The notes below the pieces were generated by a model. That model made no database searches. It had not been told where the DNA came from and worked only from the letters and a program-made list of their open reading frames with translations. From assembly GCA_024408895.1 (NCBI GenBank), contig JAKSUO010000001.1, positions 1 to 31,844 on the forward strand: DNA of 31,844 nt. The letters run 5' to 3'. The translations under genes were made by a program, and so were the position numbers. Source of the DNA: Alphaproteobacteria bacterium. GTDB taxonomy: Bacteria; Pseudomonadota; Alphaproteobacteria; RF32; CAG-239. The stretch's first letter is position 1. Each line of letters starts with the position of its first letter. Shown one piece after another: positions 1-8,722 of the stretch.

Positions 1-528
1 TAAGGTTTTGACTTTTGATAAACCGTAGCGTTTACCGTTGAACGAATAGCGCTCAAAATCGCAGTTTCCGGTGCGATTAATCTGTTCAATTAGCATACCG
101 AATACCGACAGCAAATCAGCTGACTGTCCGTATTTTTCATCTAAGGTAACGGCGTCACGGCGTGTTTTTTCGTTTTTTGTGCTGACACGATATTGCGGAA
201 CGCCGTTCTCATAAAACAATTCTTTGGTGCGTTTATGGGTAAAGGATTTTGTTTTAGTGAAATAGTCTTGCGGTTTAAATGTATCCTTATGGTATGTGCC
301 GACTGCGTGGTACATTCCCGAAAACGGATACAGCGCGCCGAACACGCCGGCTGTGGATATTGTTGTTTTCACATCATAATCTTTGTTATTGAAAAATCCA
401 TAGATCAACGTTTGCTCACAGGCATCAAAAGGACCGATGGAGGTTTTCATAAAATGTTTGATTTGTAACGCTTGAGCCGGTTTCAGCAGACCGAAAAACA
501 CAACTCCAAAAAAAATTAATCTTTTCAT
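1..528 (-). CDS. Secreted DUF3108-like protein, partial (3' end runs off the window)
   Basis: Not in the ORF track; translated by hand. ATG at 528 opens 176 codons to base 1 with no stop: MKRLIFFGVVFFGLLKPAQA (signal peptide ending in AQA), LQIKHFMKTSIGPFDACEQ..., ADLLSVFGMLIEQINRTGNCDFERYSFNGKRYGL. The D-x-L-S...C...F-[DN]-G-K-R pattern is typical of DUF3108. Confidence 0.7.
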   Translation of the reverse strand, partial: MKRLIFFGVVFFGLLKPAQALQIKHFMKTSIGPFDACEQTLIYGFFNNKDYDVKTTISTAGVFGALYPFSGMYHAVGTYHKDTFKPQDYFTKTKSFTHKRTKELFYENGVPQYRVSTKNEKTRRDAVTLDEKYGQSADLLSVFGMLIEQINRTGNCDFERYSFNGKRYGLSKVKTL

Positions 529-597
529 ACTTTAGCCATTCATTAAACAATTTTTCCTACAATAGCAGAAAATTTCAGATTATAAAGGAAAAAATTC

Positions 598-1509
598 ATG
601 TCCAAAAAAGTTTTATTATTGTACGGCGGGTTTTCAGCTGAACGTGATGTTAGCATAAGTTCCAAAAATGATATTTCCGCTGCACTGAAAAGTAAGGGGT
701 ATAGTGTTGTTGAACACGATTTAACGGATGTCCGCAGTTTTTTACAAGTTTTGGATGAGGAAAAGCCTAATGTCGTATATAATGGGTTATATGGTAATTG
801 GGGAGAAGACGGCGAAATACAAGGCCTTTTGGATATGTTGCAAATTCCTTATACTCATTCGGGGGTGGCTGCTTCCGTTTTGGGTATGAATAAGCATTTG
901 ACCAAAATTTTGGCCGCGAATCTGGGAGTTAAAGTTGCCGATGGCGAATATAAAACGGCGCGAGAATACTTTGAAAAAGGGACTTCTGTGCCTTATCCGT
1001 ATGTCATTAAGCCGGTTAGCGACGGTTCCAGTGTCGGGGTATTCATTGTGAAAAATGCTGATGATGCTCGTAAGGTCAGCTATCCGAATAAAAGTGTTGC
1101 CGTCTTGATTGAAAAATATGTAGACGGCCACGAACTGACGGCTATGTGCCTTAATGGAAAAGCGCACGTTGTAACCGAATTAAAGGCAAAAAACGAGTTT
1201 TATGATTATAATGCCAAATATACTAATGGCATAACTTGCCATGTTTTGCCTGCGCAAATTCCTGATGAGGCGGTAAAAACTTGTTTGCATTATGCCGAGG
1301 TTATGCATAAAGCGGTTAATTGTAACACGCTTTCGCGCTGTGATTTTCGTTATAATGAAACGGATGGTGTCGTCTTCTTGGAAATTAATACAAATCCGGG
1401 TATGACATCACTGTCTTTGGTGCCGGAACAGGCAAAATATATCGGCATAGGTTATGCTGATTTATGCGCTGAACTGGTTGAAAATGCCACATATCGCAAA
1501 ATAAAGTAA
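598..1509 (+). CDS. ddl: D-alanine--D-alanine ligase (short DdlB type)
   Basis: GGFSAERDVS, YNGLYGNWGEDG, PYTHSG, IKPVSDGSSVGV, omega loop FYDYNAKY (Tyr retained, so D-Ala-D-Ala type), EINTNPGMT. Confidence 0.96.
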   Translation: MSKKVLLLYGGFSAERDVSISSKNDISAALKSKGYSVVEHDLTDVRSFLQVLDEEKPNVVYNGLYGNWGEDGEIQGLLDMLQIPYTHSGVAASVLGMNKHLTKILAANLGVKVADGEYKTAREYFEKGTSVPYPYVIKPVSDGSSVGVFIVKNADDARKVSYPNKSVAVLIEKYVDGHELTAMCLNGKAHVVTELKAKNEFYDYNAKYTNGITCHVLPAQIPDEAVKTCLHYAEVMHKAVNCNTLSRCDFRYNETDGVVFLEINTNPGMTSLSLVPEQAKYIGIGYADLCAELVENATYRKIK

Positions 1510-1643
1510 TTAAAAAATTGTATGGCAAAAATCACGGTTAAGATGTTTATTATGATAATAACCGTATGGGCAGGGATACGGCAATGAGGCAAATAACGTA
1601 TGATACTCTGCTTGCCGAGGTATTTATAAAATAATCTAAAATA

Positions 1644-1674
1644 TTGCTTGCACATTGGCGTAAGTTGGTATAAA
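1644..1674 (+). promoter_or_regulatory. Putative sigma70 promoter of the mreB operon
   Basis: Extended -10 TG-G-TATAAA (TATAAA at 1669-1674). TTGCTT/TTGCAC candidates lie upstream but with non-ideal spacing. Confidence 0.4.
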
Positions 1675-1694
1675 AAAAGTAAAAATATCGTTAA

Positions 1695-2753
<1,059 letters not shown>

Positions 2754-2788
2754 GCAAAAGATAAACAAATTATATAGGGAAAATAATA

Positions 2789-3667
2789 ATGTGGCGGCGC
2801 GGTGTTCTGCTTATAAAATTCAGAGAACTTAAAGATATTTTGCGTCGCTCGTTTGTTGTTATTTTATTTATTGCTTCTTTCCTGTTCATATTAATATCCA
2901 AAGTTGACGGTGTGGTTGTGGAAACAGCGCACGGTTTGGTGATGGATGCAACAGGTCCGATTATGCAGGTGGTTGAATTTCCGTCGCGCATTATACATCG
3001 GGTGTACACATATTTCTATGATATCGGACGTATTTATACAGATAATCGCGAGTTGCGCGAAGAAAATAAACAAATGCTTATTTTGCAAAACAAGGTGCGT
3101 ACACTGGAAGTTGAAAATCAACTTTTGAGCAGGTTGTTAAATTATACCCCGCCGGAAGATGCTACTTTTATCAGTGCTAAAATCATTGCCGAATCGGGGG
3201 ACAATTTTACTCATATGCTATTGGTCTATATTGGTGATGAACCGGTTAAAAAAGGTCAGATTGTTTTGGGTAACGAGAGCGTTATCGGACGGGTTGATAA
3301 AGTGAGCGGACATTATGCCAAAGTGATTTTGGTAACCGATATTAATTCCAAAATTCCGGTTGTGGTTGAGCGCACGCGCGCTCGCGGCATTTTGGCCGGA
3401 GATAATACGGTGGCGCCAACCTTGTTGTTTACACGAGAAACGGCGGACATTCAAGAAGGTGATGTTGTTGTTACCTCCGGTGTGGGCGGAATGTTTCCGG
3501 CCGGGTTGCCTATCGGCTTTATAAGCTCAATTTCCGGACGCGAAATCAGTGTGGAAACAATGGCCGATATTAGCCGTGTTGAATATGTACGCATTGTTGA
3601 TTATGGTCTTTCAAACGAAGAAGAAATCCGTAAAGATTTTTTTGAAAGCAAAGACGATGCGCGATAG
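2789..3667 (+). CDS. mreC: Rod shape-determining protein MreC
   Basis: N-terminal TM helix, coiled coil (LREENKQM...ENQLLSRLL), VVTSGVGGMFPAGLPIG; follows mreB. Confidence 0.95.
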   Translation: MWRRGVLLIKFRELKDILRRSFVVILFIASFLFILISKVDGVVVETAHGLVMDATGPIMQVVEFPSRIIHRVYTYFYDIGRIYTDNRELREENKQMLILQNKVRTLEVENQLLSRLLNYTPPEDATFISAKIIAESGDNFTHMLLVYIGDEPVKKGQIVLGNESVIGRVDKVSGHYAKVILVTDINSKIPVVVERTRARGILAGDNTVAPTLLFTRETADIQEGDVVVTSGVGGMFPAGLPIGFISSISGREISVETMADISRVEYVRIVDYGLSNEEEIRKDFFESKDDAR

Positions 3668-4184
3668 TTGGCATGAAAAAATCAGGAGTTTTTTGTTGCA
3701 TCGTATTCCGTTGATTGCAACCTTGATTTTGATGTTTATTTTTTTTATGCCGATTAATTCTGTGAGGTTAAATTATTTTCGGCCGACGGTTGGTGTAATT
3801 TGCGTTTATTATTGGACACTCAAACGCGGTTATATGTTTAGTTACGTTTCGGCTTTTGTGGTCGGACTTTTGATGGATGTTTACAGTTCTTCACCGCTCG
3901 GGCTGAATATAGTATTTATGATGCTGTTGGTGTCGGTGATAAATTGGCTTGCTCGCTATTTTCAATCGGCGTCTTTTAATGTTTGTTGGGCACTGTTTGC
4001 GGCGGTTGAATTAGGGCAAATTTTGTTAAAATGGTTGGCTTTGACAATTTATTTCGGACGTTTGGTAGTATTAAGCGAAGTTATGATAAGTTATTTTTCA
4101 ACGCTGATGTTTTATCCGCTGATTGTTTGCCTTAATGTGTGGGTGCAAAATCATTTTTTGCCGCAGGAGAGGATAAATGAATAG
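3657..4184 (+). CDS. mreD: Rod shape-determining protein MreD
   Basis: Multi-TM protein (RPTVGVICVYYWTL...GLLMDVYSSSPLG) between mreC and mrdA. ATG 3657 overlaps the end of mreC; the ORF-track start at 3549 is a GTG deep inside mreC. Confidence 0.88.
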   Translation: MRDSWHEKIRSFLLHRIPLIATLILMFIFFMPINSVRLNYFRPTVGVICVYYWTLKRGYMFSYVSAFVVGLLMDVYSSSPLGLNIVFMMLLVSVINWLARYFQSASFNVCWALFAAVELGQILLKWLALTIYFGRLVVLSEVMISYFSTLMFYPLIVCLNVWVQNHFLPQERINE

Positions 4185-5988
4185 TGCCGATAACGAAAAA
4201 ATCAGAATCCTCGGAAGGCGCGTTATTGCTCTGATTATATTAAATTTGTTGGCGTTTATCACAATTGCCGGCAGGTTGTATTATCTGCAAGTTTATGAAG
4301 CGGATAAATATAAAGTTATGTCTGATGAAAATAGAATTTCAACCAGATTTTTAGTGCCTCCTCGTGGTGTAATTTATGATCGTAACGGTGAAATTATTGC
4401 AAAAAATGAGCAGGATTTTCAAGCGTTGTTAATTGCCGAACAAACTTCGGATATTGAACAAACTCTGGATACATTTAAACAAATTATCCCGCTTACCACA
4501 GAAGAAGAAAAACGTATTTTGAAAGATATCAAAAACAAAAGACGATTTATTCCGATTAAATTAAAAAGCGATCTTAATTGGGAGGAAGTGTCAAAAATAT
4601 TGCTGCATGCACCGGATTTGCCGGGGGTGGAAATTAATGAAGGATTGAGCCGTATGTATCCGTATTCTGAATTGTATTCTCACGTTGTAGGTTATATCGG
4701 ACCAATCTCAAAAGACCAAAAGGATATTAATCCGATGTATATGGTGCCGGGATTTAAAATCGGCAAGTCAGGATTGGAAAAATATTTTGATTATAAATTA
4801 CAAGGAAAAGGCGGAACAGTTAAACTGGAAGTTAATGCTTACGGCAGAGTAATGAAAGAAATAGAACGCAGTGCCGGCGAACAGGGCGAAAGTATGACAA
4901 TCACCATAGATTCAAGATTGCAAGAAGCTGCTTATTCTGCGTTTGGTGATGAAAGCGGTGCTGCAGTTGTTTTAGATGTTAGAACCGGAGAAATATTGGC
5001 TTTGGTTTCTAAACCGTCGTTTGATCCTAACCTTTTTACCAATGGCATAAGCTATAAACATTGGAACGAATTGCTTTATAACGAACGAACTCCATTGGTA
5101 AATAAGGCCGTTTCCGGTCAATATTCACCGGGATCTACTTTTAAAATTGTGGTGGCATTAGCGGCATTGGAAGCGGGAATAATTAACGAAGGAACGCATT
5201 TTTATTGCTCCGGCGGAATGGATATTGGCGATATTCGCTTTCATTGTTGGAAACATTCCGGACACGGAAGCTTAAATGTAGTTGAAGCCTTAAAATATTC
5301 TTGTGATATTTTCTTTTATGAAACATCTTTACGCACGGGAATTGATAAAATTCATGATATGGCCTTAAAACTCGGTTTGGGTAAAAAGTTTAATATCGGG
5401 TTGGATAACGAAAAAGAAGGTTTGATTCCTACATCAGGATGGAAAAAGGAAAAATATGGCCTTAATTGGGCGCCGGGAGATGCCGCCAATTCCGGTATCG
5501 GACAAGGATATGTTATGGTAACGCCGTTGCAATTGGCAACAATGTTGGCGCGTGTGGTAAACGGTGGCTATGCTGTTGAACCGACGTTTATTAAACCGAC
5601 AAAAGAAGAATTAAAAAAGGTAAAAAGGTTGCCTATATCCACTCGCAATATAGAATTGGTTAAGCAAGGAATGTTTGAAGTGGTTAATAGTGTTGACGGC
5701 ACGGCAAGACAAGCCAAATTTAATATCAACGGTGCTAGAATGGGCGGAAAAACCGGCACAACACAAGTACGACGTATTTCAATGAAAGAGCGGTTAAGCG
5801 GTATTATAAGTGATTCAAGATTGCCGTGGAAGCTGCGTAATCATGCTTGGTTTATGGGGTTTGCGCCGGTAGATAATCCGCGCTATGCCGTTGCGGTTAT
5901 TGCAGAACACGGGTCTTCGGGGGCCGGCGTGGCGGCACCGATTGCCAGCAAAATTTTAGCAACGGCTGTAAAACTTGATATAAAATAG
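4177..5988 (+). CDS. mrdA: Penicillin-binding protein 2 (class B transpeptidase)
   Basis: N-terminal TM, PPRGVIYDRNG, SxxK in YSPGSTFK, SxD in SCD, KTG in GGKTGT. Confidence 0.97.
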   Translation: MNSADNEKIRILGRRVIALIILNLLAFITIAGRLYYLQVYEADKYKVMSDENRISTRFLVPPRGVIYDRNGEIIAKNEQDFQALLIAEQTSDIEQTLDTFKQIIPLTTEEEKRILKDIKNKRRFIPIKLKSDLNWEEVSKILLHAPDLPGVEINEGLSRMYPYSELYSHVVGYIGPISKDQKDINPMYMVPGFKIGKSGLEKYFDYKLQGKGGTVKLEVNAYGRVMKEIERSAGEQGESMTITIDSRLQEAAYSAFGDESGAAVVLDVRTGEILALVSKPSFDPNLFTNGISYKHWNELLYNERTPLVNKAVSGQYSPGSTFKIVVALAALEAGIINEGTHFYCSGGMDIGDIRFHCWKHSGHGSLNVVEALKYSCDIFFYETSLRTGIDKIHDMALKLGLGKKFNIGLDNEKEGLIPTSGWKKEKYGLNWAPGDAANSGIGQGYVMVTPLQLATMLARVVNGGYAVEPTFIKPTKEELKKVKRLPISTRNIELVKQGMFEVVNSVDGTARQAKFNINGARMGGKTGTTQVRRISMKERLSGIISDSRLPWKLRNHAWFMGFAPVDNPRYAVAVIAEHGSSGAGVAAPIASKILATAVKLDIK

Positions 5989-5996
5989 AGGTTATA

Positions 5997-7130
5997 ATGG
6001 AATACGGTAATTTCGGATATCAACAACAAAGCTGGAAAGATAAAATTTTTCGGATGAATTTTATATATTTGCTTTTAATTTTTTTATTGGCTTGTGTGGG
6101 AACTGTGACGCTTTATTCCGCAGGTAACGGTAATTGGGAACCGTGGGCAATGAAACATATTATGCGTTTTATATTGGCAGTTATTTTAATGTTTATTTTG
6201 GCGCTGACAAATGCGCAAAAGTATTATAAATGGTCGTATGGCTTTTATTTTATATCTTTGGTATTATTGTTAGTGGTGGAAATTTTCGGTCATATCGGGA
6301 TGGGCGCGCAACGTTGGATCAATTTGGGATTATTTAAAATTCAACCGTCCGAGTTAATGAAAATAGGAATTGTATTGTTTTTGGCGCGCTACTTCAGTTC
6401 AATTACAATACAAGGAATTCAATCAGTGCGTAGCTTGGTTATTCCGGCAATCTTTACTTTGCTGCCGGTTTCTTTGATTATGTTGCAACCTGATTTAGGC
6501 ACGTCTTTAATGGTTTTGTTCACGGCAGCGATTATGTTTTTTGCCGTGGGCGTGCAATGGTGGAAATTTGCTATTGTAGGCGGAGTGGTTGGCGCAATTT
6601 TGCCGGTTGCGTGGAATTTTTTACATGAATATCAGCAAAATCGCGTCTTGACGTTCTTAAATCCGGAAAGAGATCCGCTCGGTGCCGGCTATCATATTAT
6701 ACAATCAAAAATTGCTTTTGGTTCAGGGGGAATATTCGGAAAAGGTTTTCTGCACGGAACACAAACTCATCTCAATTTTTTACCGGAGAAACATACGGAT
6801 TTTATCTTTACTATGTTTTCTGAAGAATTTGGTATGTTGGGTGGTTTGGCTGTTTTATTTGCCAATTTGCTGATAATTGCTTTGGGGTACGTTTTTGCCT
6901 TCAGGGCGCGCAGCTATTTTGCTAAGCTGACGATTATCGGCTTAAATACAAATTATTTCTTGTATGTCTTTATTAATATGGCAATGGTGATGGGTTTATT
7001 GCCGGTTGTGGGCGTGCCTTTGCCGTTGATTTCATACGGCGGTACAGTGATGTTTTCTATTATGGCCAGCTTCGGCATTATTTTATGTATGTCTGTTAAT
7101 GATACAAAAATATTTTTTGATGAAATATAA
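5997..7130 (+). CDS. rodA: Rod shape-determining protein RodA (SEDS glycosyltransferase)
   Basis: GAQRWINLG, QPSELMK, QPDLGT, GYHIIQSKIAFGSGG, PEKHTDFIF, PLISYGG. Confidence 0.97.
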   Translation: MEYGNFGYQQQSWKDKIFRMNFIYLLLIFLLACVGTVTLYSAGNGNWEPWAMKHIMRFILAVILMFILALTNAQKYYKWSYGFYFISLVLLLVVEIFGHIGMGAQRWINLGLFKIQPSELMKIGIVLFLARYFSSITIQGIQSVRSLVIPAIFTLLPVSLIMLQPDLGTSLMVLFTAAIMFFAVGVQWWKFAIVGGVVGAILPVAWNFLHEYQQNRVLTFLNPERDPLGAGYHIIQSKIAFGSGGIFGKGFLHGTQTHLNFLPEKHTDFIFTMFSEEFGMLGGLAVLFANLLIIALGYVFAFRARSYFAKLTIIGLNTNYFLYVFINMAMVMGLLPVVGVPLPLISYGGTVMFSIMASFGIILCMSVNDTKIFFDEI

Positions 7131-7134
7131 ATAT

Positions 7135-8169
7135 TTAGCGGTGGGCGCGTAATTTATTCGCACCGCCGGCAAGGCGCATGATGGCGCGTTCCGCACATAA
7201 ATCGGCCGGCATTTCCGTTGTTTTGCAATCACGTTCACAATCATAGAGCACGGACAAGGCTGCTAAAAGCTGCTCTTTGTGCCATATTTGTAATTGTTTT
7301 TTGTAGGAATCCTTACGATAAAATATCAGTGGCGGGCGCATGTCTTGAATAACTTTATCGGTTGTTTTACCGCTTTCAAGTTGCGCAACACTGTCTAATA
7401 ATTTTAGAAAATGGTAGGAAATTTGCCGAATAACAGTTGCCGGTTCTTCGCCTTCGTTCAGCAAACGATTGAACATATTGCAGGCTTTGCTGACTTCACC
7501 TTCTGCCGTGTAATAGCACAAATCTTCAAAGTTGGCACCGGTCACATCACTGATTGCAGCCTTAACATCTTCTGTTGTTACGACATTTTTTTTACCCATA
7601 TACATAGCAAGTTTATCAATTTCTCCTTGATTTATTTTGCAATCCGGCGAAAGTCTGGCGCATAAAAATTGCATGGTTTGAGGAGTGGTTGTCAACCCTT
7701 TTTCTTGCAACATTCTTGCCGTATCTTGTGCAATATCAGCTTCTCTGTCTTCATAACATCCGACGGTGATGATATCTGTTCTTTCTTTGGCCCATACGAT
7801 AATTGAAGATTTTGTATTCATGGTTGATGATGTCAAAACAAGCAAGTTTTCGCTTGGCGAATTCGGCAACATATCTTTTAAAAAAGGTGCTAATGTATTA
7901 TCAGCATTTTTTACAACAATAACGCGCCGACCACCCATTAGCGATTGGGCATGAAATTCAGCATAAATTTCGCCGCCGTCTTTGGATATTGTATCCATAT
8001 CCAATTGCGAACAGTTAAAGGAATCGTTGGCGTCACCGCAGATTGATTTTACGCATTTTCCCAACAATGTTGCAATTTCACCATCATTCGGCCCAAAAAG
8101 CACAACACACTTTACCGCCGAATCGGGATGCATACAAAAATTTTCAAATTGTGCGGACTTAAAATTCAT
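7135..8169 (-). CDS. holA: DNA polymerase III delta subunit
   Basis: VVLFGPNDG, SLMGGRRVIVV, EIDKLAMY, RPPLIFYRK; conserved leuS-lptE-holA order. Start placed at ATG 8169 (MNFKSAQF), which overlaps the lptE stop. Confidence 0.92.
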   Translation of the reverse strand: MNFKSAQFENFCMHPDSAVKCVVLFGPNDGEIATLLGKCVKSICGDANDSFNCSQLDMDTISKDGGEIYAEFHAQSLMGGRRVIVVKNADNTLAPFLKDMLPNSPSENLLVLTSSTMNTKSSIIVWAKERTDIITVGCYEDREADIAQDTARMLQEKGLTTTPQTMQFLCARLSPDCKINQGEIDKLAMYMGKKNVVTTEDVKAAISDVTGANFEDLCYYTAEGEVSKACNMFNRLLNEGEEPATVIRQISYHFLKLLDSVAQLESGKTTDKVIQDMRPPLIFYRKDSYKKQLQIWHKEQLLAALSVLYDCERDCKTTEMPADLCAERAIMRLAGGANKLRAHR

Positions 8170-8722
8170 CAGGATTACCACGCTTGGTTTTAACCGAATG
8201 GAAATAAGCACCAATCCTTATGGATATATCATTTGCTAAAATTTTAGCACCGTCTTTTTCCACTTTTTTCTTATCAATTGTGGTTGAATAAGGATTATCC
8301 AACAAGTCATAGCTTAAAAAGATGAATGTTTGCCCGTTGACAAGTTGGCCGCTTTCTCTGTCCCATAGCGAATAAGCAAGTGTGTATTTTATCTTTTCGC
8401 GTGTGGCGGTAATGTCGTTACGCAATGCTTGTTCGGTGACACGGCTGTTGACAGGTTCTAATTTCAGAAAGTATTTGGCATTTTTAGGTGTTCCATAAGG
8501 GTTTAATGTATCCATTAATTCGTTTTTAACCAACTGGCCGATACGGTCAGTTGCGCCTTCAATTTTGATTTGAGCCATTTCCTGCACGATATTGGTATCA
8601 AATTTGTTGTTATAATACCACAAATGATTGCCGGACGTTTTTTCAACGTATAAAGGCTCAAACCCACAGGAACTCAGTGCACAGATTAAAAATGCCAAAA
8701 TACATATTTTTTTATATAACAA
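8159..8722 (-). CDS. lptE: LPS-assembly lipoprotein LptE
   Basis: Lipobox ALSSC followed by GFEPLY, the typical alphaproteobacterial LptE start; lies between leuS and holA. Confidence 0.85.
   Translation of the reverse strand: MLYKKICILAFLICALSSCGFEPLYVEKTSGNHLWYYNNKFDTNIVQEMAQIKIEGATDRIGQLVKNELMDTLNPYGTPKNAKYFLKLEPVNSRVTEQALRNDITATREKIKYTLAYSLWDRESGQLVNGQTFIFLSYDLLDNPYSTTIDKKKVEKDGAKILANDISIRIGAYFHSVKTKRGNPDEF

Noticed and set aside
193-468. 91-aa plus-strand ORF
   Set aside because: Antisense shadow of the real minus-strand DUF3108-like gene (1..528).
1562-1581. Hairpin CCGTAT-N8-ATACGG between ddl and mreB
   Set aside because: Only 6 bp, no U-tract, and no recognisable riboswitch or sRNA features.
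3549-3656. N-terminal extension of the mreD ORF
   Set aside because: Lies inside mreC and starts at a GTG; ATG 3657 coupled to the mreC stop is more plausible.
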